A stretch of 62,045 bases of DNA, filler included, from Choristocarpus tenellus KU-1152 (taxonomy: Eukaryota > Protista > Phaeophyceae): NCBI GenBank assembly GCA_964200185.2. It is 13 parts of 13 records of this genome, joined end to end, with 100 filler letters (N's around TTAATTAATTAA, not from the genome) between each part and the next. Parts side by side here need not be neighbours in the genome. Positions count along the whole stretch, not along the records: positions 44,168 to 50,714 come from CAXNAD020007888.1; positions 50,815 to 54,111 come from CAXNAD020020963.1; positions 54,212 to 57,394 come from CAXNAD020021723.1; positions 57,495 to 62,045 come from CAXNAD020014035.1; 9 more parts are not named here. One strand, 5' to 3'. The position numbers and the translations under genes were made by a program. The notes beneath the pieces are model-generated. The model had not been told where the DNA came from, did not search any database, and saw nothing but the letters and a program-made list of their open reading frames with translations. Positions 50,403 through 62,045 of the stretch are shown piece after piece. How positions within the stretch are numbered: position 1 is the first letter of the stretch; every line of letters starts with the position of its first letter.

Positions 50403-51162
50403 TTGATTCGTAAGAGGTATTCAATGTGCTGTGGTGCAGGTGTTTGGATTTTGAACAACATACTCAATACAAATATCGTATCAATACATGGATGTTAAAC
50501 TCAAAATATTAAATATTTTACTACACAATCAAATATTCTCTCATAATCTATATTAACATTTTACACGTTTTATGGGAAAAAACAGTTATGGAAATCATTC
50601 AAATGTCCAAATACAGCAGATACCCGATTTTGATTACCCATAGGCATGCCCGAAAAAAGCGGTACAGAATTGATGTGGTACAATATCGTTTTTGTAGTAA
50701 TTAATCGTGGTTAGNNNNNNNNNNNNNNNNNNNNNNNNNNNNNNNNNNNNNNNNNNNNTTAATTAATTAANNNNNNNNNNNNNNNNNNNNNNNNNNNNNN
50801 NNNNNNNNNNNNNNCCCCCCCAAATACTTTGGGTCAGAATTTGAACCACACCCTCCACTCGCCCATCATCATCAGTTGGAGGAGATTGTTGGTGCTTTGA
50901 GAATGAAAGTTGTCCAACGAGTGAGTTGCTCAAATGCTCTTATTACCGGCTCTTTTTATTCGGAACCATTTTGATAGTACGCGGGGGGAGGGGTGTGTGG
51001 ATGGCCCTTGCTGTATTGCATGTGTTACCGGAGGTTTTTGTGTGTGTGATGTATGTTGCAGCCTCTCTGTCTCTCGCCTCCCTGGGATTTGGAAAACTCT
51101 TTAATGAAACAACAGTGGTAGCAGTGGTAATCCTTGTGAAGCAAATCCCCAGTATGTGTGGT

Positions 51163-51434
51163 GAGCGGAAGGATCTTTTGAGGGTACCAATTTTGTCCTG
51201 TTTGTCCGTGTGGGGGGGCTTTTAACTTCCCTCAGGTTTTTTTATGTGACATTTTTCCTACTCCAACGTAAAGTTTTGAAGTAGGTAATATGTGTGTGTT
51301 ATGAAATGGTGTGTCCAGAACAAGGATATTGACACTTCCTAACAAACACGATACCCAAAATTACATAAAAATCGGAGCATTAGATTTTGGACCCCAAACG
51401 GACGGGGCTTTACCCTCTTAAGTTACTTTGACTC
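51163..51434 (-). mobile_element. MITE family A, diverged full copy
   Basis: GAGCGGAAGGATCTTTTGAGGGTAC ... TACCCTCTTAAGTTACTTTGACTC; interior homologous to the other copies. Confidence 0.85.
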
Positions 51435-51729
51435 AAAGAAACCTACCTTCTCACTAACCCTAAAATGTCTTCAAGTGTTGTTTTCTTCACCCCTCCGATT
51501 GGTACGCCAACCAACCAACTCTCCCCCCCACCCCACCCCACCCCCCACTCTGCCCAGTAGCCAGTCTCATTTTCCCATCATGCCTCCGTAGGTGTCTCAG
51601 TCACCCTCACCCTCTTTTTCTTTTCTCAAACGATGGTACACCTTATTTCGTCCCATTGCAACAAACATTGCTCGCCTGCTCACCTGCCTGCCCTTCCTAA
51701 CCCTAAGCCTAACCCTAACTCCTTTTCAG

Positions 51730-51918
51730 GAGTGGCTAGTCGTGGCTCTCAATGGTGTCAGTGACAGCACGGCAAGTGCCTCCCAGAAGCAGGAGGTCAT
51801 GGAGGTTCTGTTCAACCCATCCAACGCTAGTAGAGAGAGGTTCCAGGAGGTTGTGCGACACTTCTCTGACATATGTTGGCAGAACCAGCGCCGTTGGAAC
51901 AGAACTGACAATGCATGA
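51730..51918 (+). CDS. Terminal exon of a protein, possibly importin-beta family (transportin-3/importin-13-like)
   Basis: Pyrimidine tract and CAG acceptor, then EWLVVALNG...QKQEVMEVLF...RERFQEVVRHFSDIC...*; the family guess rests on recalled C-terminal resemblance only. Confidence 0.45.
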   Translation, partial: EWLVVALNGVSDSTASASQKQEVMEVLFNPSNASRERFQEVVRHFSDICWQNQRRWNRTDNA

Positions 51919-54287
51919 GTACCTGTTGTAACTGTAGCCCCCTTCCCCCACTGCCTCCCCCACCGCCTGCCTGTCCTTCACCCCTACCTACCTGCCCAGC
52001 CAACTGTGCTGACATGCCAGCATCATGGACGACTCAGTACCCAGTTTGTCCCACTGAGAGTACCCATGCAATTATAGTTGCTCGGCGTTTCCACTGTTTT
52101 GCTACCTTAGCATTGCCCCCAGCCCCACCACCACCCCCAATTGCGTATTATCCAGTCCAACCATCCGTCCATTTCCGCCCCCCTTGCTAATTTCTTCTTT
52201 TTGTGCAATTTCTTTTTGATTGCAGTAGTTTTGTTATTACTTCTCTTGCATTAATTATCCCTTTTTTTCATGGGTTTTTTTACAAGGGGACGTTGTGTGA
52301 ATGAGGGAGAGTAGCATCAACAATACTGGTGTTGTGTGAATGAATCGCATCGATTCAATCAGTTCAATTGGTTCAATTATTTGGGGGGGGGGTTTCCAGG
52401 AGGTCATGCGTGATTCGCTTTGGCCTTCCTCGCAGTGCTCAGTGTTTCTTCATGCGTCAAATACGAATATTGTAGATGAGTTGATTTTGAAAAATCAATT
52501 TATCAACACTAATGAATCCTTTCCAGTTACCATCACTACTACTCAGCAATGGGAGGGAGGGGGAACCTCAGGATACCCCCACCCACCGCCAGCGTGCAGA
52601 ACTAACTGACTTGGTTAGGAAGGGGAAGTGGACTGATGGGACAAAATGGATTGTTGTGAAACTGTTCTTTTTCTTGAAAGGCGTGCATTGTTGTTGGGAA
52701 TGTGTTTGTTCTGTGTTGTTTTTGATATTTGGGTTGTGTATGTCCACAACCGTGTCATGTGTCCTTTTATCCCAGGGTTAAGTCTGTTTATTTGGACACA
52801 ATCACACACACATGCAAAGAATATTCATCTAACAGACTGCGACAAAACCATGCAATTAATTAAATATGAAGCCTGATGACAGACTTGACTTGTTTCTGTG
52901 TCACCATTGATGGCGACTTACACATACTGCTGGTGTGTTTGGTCAAGAAGAAACTAGCAGGCGTTTGCGATTGAATAAAATTGATGTCTTTTCAAGTTCA
53001 GGAGTACAAAATGTGATCAATAAAATTGTCTTTGGTCTCTTGTCGGTAAAGAAGAACATGACAACACAATAGCAACAGTGTTAAAACACTGTGTTGAAAC
53101 CTTGAGAGTAAGTAGTCTTCTTGTCTTTGATTGAAACAAGAAAGCACTTTGCCCACATAGATACATACACCATCAAGCTCTATACTCGCTTGGCGATACT
53201 GCTCTGAAAAAGGTACAAATGGCTGCATTCAGCAAAAGGTACAAAATTTGAGACTTGATAAATATATAAATATATATTACTAGGTTGTGTTTACTTATGT
53301 CAAAGCGTCAATTCAACTCATCCATTCCCAAAAAAGCTGAAAGTACAAATTTATACACATTACATTATACAGTTAGTGTACATGGATGTATGTATGTCTA
53401 CAGTGAAGTGTCTTTTACTAATAATTCTGAGTGGGATCAGCTGTCGATTATACACGTAATGAATAAAAATATATTTGAAACAAACAAGAGCGCAAAAAAG
53501 GTCCAGGACACGTAGGCACGATGGTACTTGACCTCTTTAAAAAAAAAATACTTTTTCAAACAATGAAACCAACCCTTCATAGAACAATCTCAGGAGAAAA
53601 CACACAACAAAAATCTACGGCCACAGAATAACAAAGCTATATAGACTAATTTACATTGTACATAATGTAGACATAAACTACAAAAGTCATCTCCAGGTTC
53701 TATTTTAATTCAGATAGAGCAATCATGGTACTTAATAAAAAAAATGCTCTTGCAACTCTCATGGGGGTATAAGCATATATACCATCATTCCAATGCCTCT
53801 GATGTGGTGTCCTAACCCTATGTATGATACATACTCTCATCTTGAGACTACAACCTGAAGGTAAGGCGAATGGATGTTCATCACTACCCCCTCAAGGACA
53901 CCCCTTTTTTTATTATTTCTACAAACAAAAAATAAAAAACATTTGACCCCTATCTGGGCGCACTCAACAAAAACAAACTAGCAACAACTTTTGAATCACA
54001 AGACATAAACAGTGCTCTCTTATTCTCAGCAAGCAACCTCCTGGAATGGAATGTTAAACCATAAAAGGTTTTTTATTTATCATGGCATAATTTGGCTCGT
54101 CAAATGGGGGANNNNNNNNNNNNNNNNNNNNNNNNNNNNNNNNNNNNNNNNNNNNTTAATTAATTAANNNNNNNNNNNNNNNNNNNNNNNNNNNNNNNNN
54201 NNNNNNNNNNNTTTTTTGGGGGGGGGGGGGTGATGGGGGGGGGGTGGTGGTGGGGGGGTGGGTGGGGTGGGGTGGGGTGTTGGGTGT

Positions 54288-54318
<31 letters not shown>

Positions 54319-55704
54319 CGATGAGAGGCAGAGATGAAAGCCAAGGTTTACTGTTGCATGTTGGTGTGGCAAGTTAGGGGTTATAGGAGCGGGTACATGT
54401 TTGTGCCACCCCCAACAGGGAAGAGCAAAGGGTTGGCAAAGATACACATTGTGTGTCTTACAGAACATGCTCCAGAGATAGGAAGCGGGGGGGGACATAG
54501 GGCAGAAGGAGGAATTCATTGTTTTGAGTAGAAGCAGTAATCTGAAGATGATACAGTAGACACTTGAAAGAGTTACGAGAAAAGGTTGAGGTGAGTTTGG
54601 AGACGGCAATGGAATAGGTCTTTGTCCACAAGATTTTTTTCCCCTCGACAGCAAACATGGATCCGTCTTTTGATTCATCTGTTGGCCTTGGTCACCCTCC
54701 CCACCCCCACACCCCCTCTCCCTGTGTTACGCTAGTCACTCCACTTCTTTGTGTCTGTTCATTGCAATCTGTCTGTCTGCAACAAGCGACTTACAATCAT
54801 GTCCTCCCGTAGAAAAGAGTGTAAGTTTAGGTGAGTAGGACCAGAAGGTTTGTTGTACATTTTAATCTAGAGCAACCTTTGACAAGGACACTCATTCAGC
54901 TCAGAGTTGGGGCAACAGATGAGTGCATTTGTTACCATTAATCAATACTGCAGTAGTTAGCAAGGCTGTTGGGCTGCAAGTGACATCACTGTATGAGGTG
55001 AATTGTGTGCAGAGGAATTGGCTAGCTTTTTAATGGTTAGTAGAAAAGGTGAGGTGTGCGAAAAGATCTCCCAAGCAAGGTGCAAGCAATCAAGGGTATT
55101 TCCCCATTCTGATCATTTTTCTTCCTCTGTAAGGTCATGACCACCTCTAACTCTTACATCTGATAATCATCAAGCTTCACACTACTCTCTCCAATTAATT
55201 GCCACTGATACATATCATAACACATAGATCTTTTTTTATCTATACAGGGCATTTAGGAATCACAAAACTGACACACTCACACATAAAACATAACACCACC
55301 TACAACCTTAATGGATGACTCAGTGGTACCTACAGACGACCTGCTTACCAGCATATCACACACCACACCATTGCAGCAATGTTAATACATACATTGAAGC
55401 ACCCCTAACTGTGAGGAGATATCCCTGTAGGTTGTATTTTTATCATGCATGGTTGCCCTTCAAACTCTACAAGATGCTAAATTCTATGGACCATCAGAGG
55501 TACCACCTCTCAGTGTTACAAGTCAGAGTCCCAGCACCAACACAATGATATACACACTCAACTTTTTGCTTTTTGCATCAAAACCTTCCATGCACAATCC
55601 ACAACAAACACAACTAAATGTGTCTTTTGTGTGCTGCTCTCCACTTTTTGTTTTTCTTTATTTATTAATGTATCCCCACCACAACAACTTCGTTGGACTG
55701 TCCT

Positions 55705-57330
55705 TCACCAGTCACCACCATACCCTCCAGTATCAGCCAGGGCATCCTTGTGCGCCCCTCCAATGCGGATAGCATCCTTGTCAATCTTAGGACAGTTTGT
55801 GATCCGATGACCAAGACCCCCACAAAAGGCACAACCCTTGACTCCATCCACCTGGTAGAGGGTGCAACAGTGACACATGATGAGAAAGGTTTTGTGGAAA
55901 GGAGTTGAAAGTGGGCTGGCAATCAAATTTCATGAGACCATGCATTGTTTTACAATTAATACAAGGATCTGTAGTTGTACAATATAAAGATGATCGATCT
56001 TAAATAGGTAGTGAGTACTATTTCACACCACGACAAACGAGATTAAATTGTTAAAAACATGGGATATCAAAAACGAAACCATCTAACAACTGTACCCCAC
56101 AATATATAAATTAACAATTCAATATATTTTCCAGGTCATCTTCACAAAAAACATCCCTCAAGCCAAAGATTGGATAGCAGGCACTAATTAAAAGCATTTG
56201 CTACTCCAATCTGAGAAGTCCTACCCATACCTCTGCTAAGTCCTCATCAGGGTCATCCAAGGCCATAAGCACTGGTGGTACTCGCTGTTGTGCCTCCATG
56301 AGGAGATGCTTAAGGTCCAAGAGTGCAGATTCTTCAACCATCTTGTCATGAAAGCAAACAAAGGGCATCAAGGGAGATAGATGGCCACTACCATCAGTGC
56401 ATTCACAACAAGGTGCAAATTGTACTGAGGGCATCAATCTACATGCAGTAAAACTCGAAGTGGTTGTATGTAAGCAAACAACCACTTCACATGCTCAAGT
56501 CTGGAGCTGGATCCCACAGCACTATTTTTGATAATCTGGAAGACGCAAGAGACATGGACAACAAGTCAAGTGACATAAAATATGACAACAAGCCAAGTGA
56601 CATACAATATGACAACAAGTCAAGTGACATAAAATATGACAACAAGTCAAGTGGCATACAATATCACAATACAAACACTATAGTTGAATTGGTGCACTGA
56701 GGATTCCAAGCAGTCCAAATCGATTTAGACAATCTTACGAAAGACATACTGGACAAATACTAACCCTAACCCTATGTTTGGTGGTTGATAGATGATCAGC
56801 AATGATCAGTATGTAAACAAGCTCTTTTTCAAAAGTACAACAAACTCAGAAGTTTTTGTAAGCCTATTACTCCGCATAACACAACTATCCAATATATGCA
56901 CCAGTACAATCATCAGTGGCAACACAAACCTCAACATTAATTGTAACCATTATCGTCTTGAACCACATTCAGGAGGTCAGGATCACACTATGGTCTGCCA
57001 AATCTCAACCCAGCCCTTCACACCTCTATTATATAGCATATCTATTTCTAAGCGATATATGCTAATATTGACATTCTCACAACCCTCAACATGTTGAGCA
57101 TGTTAATAGTAGCAAATCCTGCGGTACTTAACATGCAAATATGGACCATTTACCTTATTAATAAAAGTGGTGGCAACGCCTGTCTTTCCACAACGCCCTG
57201 TCCGCCCTATCCTGTGAACGTAGTTCTCAATCTCACTGGGCATGTCAAAATTGATCACATGTTGGATGTCTGGAAAGTCCAATCCCTTAGCAGCAACGTC
57301 TGTGGCAATGAGGACATCTTTCACACCCTC
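55705..57330 (-). CDS. DDX41: DEAD-box RNA helicase DDX41/Abstrakt, last three exons
   Basis: Exons 57154-57330, 56231-56341 and 55705-55851 (stop). [44 protein letters not shown] and the C-terminal knuckle [17 protein letters not shown] are characteristic of DDX41. Confidence 0.95.
56557..56664. repeat. Intronic minisatellite, 27 bp x 4
   Basis: Unit GACAACAAG(T/C)CAAGTGACATA(A/C)AATAT. Confidence 0.9.
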
Positions 57331-57494
57331 CTGCATATGAATTGCAACAATAAAGGGGGTATGCAAGGGGGTACGGGGTGGGGAGCACAAGACCNNNNNN
57401 NNNNNNNNNNNNNNNNNNNNNNNNNNNNNNNNNNNNNNTTAATTAATTAANNNNNNNNNNNNNNNNNNNNNNNNNNNNNNNNNNNNNNNNNNNN

Positions 57495-57680
57495 TTTGTC
57501 TATCTTATTTGATAGGAAGTGTCAATATCCTTGTTCCGGACACACCTTCTCATAACGTATACATTTTACCTACTCCGAAACACTTTGGAGTAGGTAAAAT
57601 GTCATTAGAAACCCCATGGGATGCCAAGCCCCAAATGAACAAACAGGGCAAAACTCGTACCCTCTAAGATACTTTCACAC
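57495..57680 (+). mobile_element. MITE family A, partial copy at contig start
   Basis: GGAAGTGTCAATATCCTTGTTCCGGACACACC ... TACCCTCTAAGATACTTTCACAC. Confidence 0.9.
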
Positions 57681-58477
57681 AACTTCTCTCTCAAGGACAT
57701 ACCTGATCTTTCATCACCAGCCCTGCTTCTGTGGAAGAGATATTCAACTCAAAACATAATAATCAAACATACGTCTGTTGAAATTTCTCAAGGGGTACAC
57801 CACCCCAAGGTTGCGACTTGCAACATGCCATCCCAATGATTGTTACAAGAATAATCCTTCTGCAAGTACTCTTTGATCAGACTTCCTAAATACATGGCCT
57901 TAATCTGGTGCTTTGCCCATTGCTGAGGACTCAAACCAGGTCTCTATCTATTTGTCCTGAATTGCTGGAAAGCATGCGAATTCGGGATGGTGAACGGTTT
58001 GTAGGAAGTCTGACAGTGTGAGGGGAGAGTCTTGCAGTTACATCACACTAAATCACAGAAATATTGTAGAAAAAATAAACTATAGACTTAACTATTTTTT
58101 AAGAGTAGGGAATGAGGGCCCAAAATTAAGCAAGAATAAGGACCAGGTAGCAAATAGCAAATACTTCAAAAAGCACAAGAGTTTTTGACATTAAAATATA
58201 CTACGTAGTTTTATTTTTGATGTTATGTCTGTGGGGGACTGTTTTAAACCTTCAGCTAACTGCATTGACTGTACCTTCCAGATGCCCTTCATAAAGCAGT
58301 GGATAATTATGCACTGTAAATATATTCTAATGTGGACTCCTCAAACTTGAGGGGGATGCCCCATCCATCCGAGCTCTGCCGTGCGTACCCTCTGAAACCA
58401 AGCGCGAACTATTCATGAAGCCAAACCTTCGACCTATCCTCACCCTAACCCTAATATCCACTTCTGCAGAGCACCCC

Positions 58478-59959
58478 TCAGGCTTCCTCTGGATTGGCAG
58501 CCTCTCTCTCTGTTGGCTTGACCATGTCGCCATCAATCTTGCTGACCTGGGGGATATGTCGCAGCACCTCTATTCGCGCCTCTTCCTTGGTCATACCCTC
58601 ATAAATTGGATTCCCAAGAAAGAGCACATCAGTCAGATGCTCAAGGCCCGCCTTCAAGATATAGTGATTGGTGGCAACAGCACGAGGATGTGGGGATGTA
58701 GGGTTCTTCTGGTGCCTGACCATGCATAGACATGCTGATATTATACCACAACAAAGACAGGAGTGTGTTGGGGAGACATAGCATGAAATTGAGTTGTATT
58801 CGTACAATCTGCCCAATATCACTATACTCTTAGATTTCGGTACTTTGGGTAAATGACCTCTTAGAAGCCCTATTGAGGATATGCCCTCAGACTTCTTCAT
58901 ACACCCTTCAACTCGAACACAAGCTTACCAACTTGTCAAGTTCTGCCCAGCTCTTGATGTTGTTGTTGGACATGTACAGTCGTGTGAGGTTGATGAGGTT
59001 TGATAGGCCGTCCAGGGTGGTTATCTGGTTGTAGGAGATCCACAACTCTTCCAGCGTCTCCGCTACATCATCCAGCTTCTCGATCTAGAAATAATACGTA
59101 CCATGGAGATCTTAACATTTACGGTGGAAACTGGAACTGTCCTCTTCGTGGTCTTTGCCTGCGAAAAAATGAGCCTAATTAACCCATACGAGATTGAAAC
59201 GTACACTTGATGACATTGCCCATAAAACATATCTGTAGATGCTCAGCAGTTCCTTGCGTAGAGAATTTTGTGTGGGCTGAGTCGTGACTTTGTTCTCAAT
59301 GGATTTTTTGGGAGTTACGAAAAACACTTGGGGTGTCAAGCACCATTCTCTCTGTCCACGTGCCAAGGGGGATTCTCAATTCATTGCTTACCTTCTTGAT
59401 GCCGTTTCGCCCAAGCGACAAAATCTTGAGGTTCTTCATGCCGGCAAGAGGTATGAGCCGATCGATGGAATTGGTGGAGAGAGAGAGTTGCCTGCACGGA
59501 TGCAGTCACGGGACTAGAGTTGAGATACGGTTAAAGTATGGCATTACTGCCTAACCTCTGCTTGCAAGGGTTGCGATATAACTTCATTCCTGGATGAGAA
59601 CGTCAACTCGCAAACTATGGACCTCCGTCGGAAGAAACGCCTCACTCACTCGCAATTTTTAAGGGTGTTGAGAGAGTTGTCAAGCTTTGCAATCGTTGGC
59701 TTTTGACAATATAGCTTAACCACCGTCGCTTCTTCTGCTGAAGCCTCATGCTCTACCTCCCAGTTCTTGATTGCCTGCGAACAAGTCGTCTGAGAGCCAG
59801 TACAGAGAGTATTGGTCAGCGTACTCTCAGAAGATGGACGGGATGATGTAAGATTTTAGTGTTTGGGAAATTGATGAGGTGGATTAGGAGCATATGGAAC
59901 AAATAGGTCAGTATATGGAGGGGAAATGGACTCATCGTAAATCTCAACAGGCGTACCAT
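58478..59959 (-). CDS. DNAL1: Axonemal dynein light chain 1 (LC1, leucine-rich repeat), complete, 190 aa
   Basis: Exons 59957-59959 (ATG only), 59650-59789, 59392-59491, 58929-59084 and 58478-58651 join in frame: MTTCSQAIKNWE...LSLSTNSIDRL...[32 protein letters not shown]...LYMSNN...LFLGNPIY...KIDG. Confidence 0.93.
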
Positions 59960-61149
59960 GCTAACTAGCTGTCCACCTTCTGCGTTGGGTCCCTATCGTA
60001 ACTCGGGGGTATTGTAGTGTTTTATGCAGTGTGTGGCGGTTTCACCAGAAAACGAAGTATCTATATATAGAAGAGTAGGTAATTTGGTGGAAATGATCAT
60101 AGTAGTACAAATCAATATCATGAAAACACTGGAACATCATCAATACCTCTATATTGTAAGTAAAAAAGAGTACCTCAATAGTAAACAAAGGCAGCATCAG
60201 CATAAGAAGGAGTGTATCGCATCAAACCCGTCTTCAGAATTACACATTTTGGACTACGTACAATACTAGAAGCAGTGCAGCAACGTAGTGGCAAGGGGAA
60301 AAGATCCTCGTCAAGTTTCCGTAAGTTGGGAATTGATCAGACCTCAGCAAGAAATGCCACCCACTTCAAATGTAGTAAAGGGGATCTAAATATATGGAGT
60401 ATAGAGGAGGAAGAGACATATTTCCTGGTTTGGATATTACAAGTTGTACTTGTAGCTATTCCTGGTGCAATATAGTTCGAGATGCACCTACTGCCTTCCC
60501 TCTTTAGACGATCGTAGGAGTCCCTACTCCTGGTATGTACTTCCTGCTTCATGTATTGCGTACCTATTACAGAATACAAGAATATTGATGTACTCCACGT
60601 AGCAACGAATCATTGCATAGAGTGGGCCAGGACGGGTAGAGAGGAGGCTGCGAATATTGAAGGAGGGCTGACGGCACATTTATTAGAAGATTGTCTAGAC
60701 ACAAACGTTCACTTCTTAGGGGGGTGGCTAGTCTGGGCCTCGAAGGGTATAGGTTGTTAGTGGATATGTTGTTGGTGTATGATATCTAGGCGAGAGGACC
60801 AGCCAGGATGTGAAGCTGAGTCTGTGCAGGTATATTCTTGGATGAGTACGGGATATGAATACTATTATGTAGGGAAACGATGTGAGTTATGGGGAAAGAT
60901 AATTTTTTTTCAAGTAGCATTTATTTACAGTAGGAGTAATGTAATAAGACAAAAAGTAAGATTATGCTTGAGGCATTAATGTATCCACATTGATGTATTT
61001 CCAGGTACTTCTCTGTGCCAAAACTTTAATGGCCTGGGAATCGGGGAGGGTGTGTGTGTCTTACTGGTATCCTGACTACTACATAAATCGTACACAATAC
61101 TTGTTATCGAATGCAAACAACACACGGTATCATACTGCATGTGTGTATC

Positions 61150-61729
61150 GCTGATGTGCATTGGGAAGTAAGGCCTTCTTCGGTAAGCACCTCCTGGTTT
61201 GGGGAACACCAAGTGGAATATTTCTTACCTCATTTTCGAGCCATTTTGACCTCATTGTAGAACTATTTCGCATCATTTCTGAAACATTTTTACGCGTTTT
61301 TTGGGGACATCTTAAATATATTTTCACATCTTTTTAGCAATATTTCTTGGACATGTGGTCATGTTTTGGGGGATGTTGCAGTGGACAGGGGAGATCCCCT
61401 GTCTTTGAGAACCTCCACTGTCCTTGGGGAACCTCTGAAAAAAAAAAATCACTTCTTCGCACGCATTTTTGAAAACCTAAACCTATGTCTAACCCTAACC
61501 CATACCAAAAACAAGGTACAGAGTGGTCTAATAATGCCCAAAAACATCCCCCAAAAAATGAACAAATGCCCAAGAAATATCGGTAAAATTATGTGAAAAT
61601 GTTCTTAAAACGTCCCCAAAAACTCGTCAAAATGGTTTGAAAATGAGGTGAAAAATATTCCACCTGGTGTTCCCCAAGCCCGGGGGTGCTCCTGAAGAAG
61701 CCCCTAACTCCCCAGTGCACATCATCGCA
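61150..61729. mobile_element. Foldback-like non-autonomous element with long imperfect inverted arms
   Basis: About 61150-61378 (GATGTGCATTGGGAAGT...GGGGAACACCAAGTGGAATATTT...GGGGGATGTT) is inverted at about 61542-61729 (AACATCCCCC...AAATATTCCACCTGGTGTTCCCC...CCCCAGTGCACATC). Confidence 0.8.
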
Positions 61730-62045
61730 TTAGTTCTATCCGCCATGATTTGGTGATATGTACTTTTCCATCCCAAAGTACCGTAACACTGTCTCGTAAG
61801 GACTGCATTTTACTGCTGAATCGAGGGATAATTCATGTATTATTTTAGCGAACTCAACATAACATGTACAATCCGCCTTCTTGCTTGTGTTAACTTGGCC
61901 AATGATGGAAGAAATACAATATGTTAGTTAGTATCTGACTCTTTTTTTTGAGGGTAGAGAGTGTCCACTCCTCTTTGCTACTATATTTTTACAATAGATA
62001 TAGCCCTGACGGGATGCGCCCAAGCCACATCAGATCAGCCATCAC

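Noticed and set aside
56464-56700. ORF with DNKSSDIKY repeats
   Set aside because: Translation of a 27-bp minisatellite antisense within a DDX41 intron.
55705-59959. Apparent DDX41-DNAL1 gene neighbourhood
   Set aside because: The two genes are on different contigs separated by a linker, so synteny is unsupported.

Overview
This is not one continuous locus. It is 13 short contigs of an intron-rich, repeat-rich eukaryote, joined by 100-nt artificial linkers (N44-TTAATTAATTAA-N44), so adjacency across linkers means nothing. Host genes reconstructed by hand from GT-AG exons: NADH-cytochrome b5 reductase (6 exons, 5' end missing), the last exon of an X-family DNA polymerase, an ANTH-domain protein (internal exons), the 3' end of DDX41/Abstrakt, a complete axonemal dynein light chain 1 (DNAL1/LC1, 190 aa, implying a flagellated stage), and a possible terminal exon of an importin-beta-like protein. 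The rest is mostly decayed transposable elements: Copia and Gypsy relics (one with a half-tRNA-iMet primer site), RLE-type non-LTR relics, a plant-type mariner with DD40D spacing, a pogo-like HTH and several MITEs. The clearest unannotated system is a set of MITE families (12 copies of the main one) sharing a G-n4-AAAGTA terminus and an inner GTCCATTTGGG motif, with 4-bp target duplications, which suggests a Sola2-like mobiliser. Contig 10 holds an unidentified decayed coding region that starts with a SAM-methyltransferase. Patchy CpG loss and C-to-T-derived stops suggest DNA methylation. A stramenopile of the brown-algal lineage is my best guess for the organism, but that is inference only. 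I found no intact novel multi-gene system.
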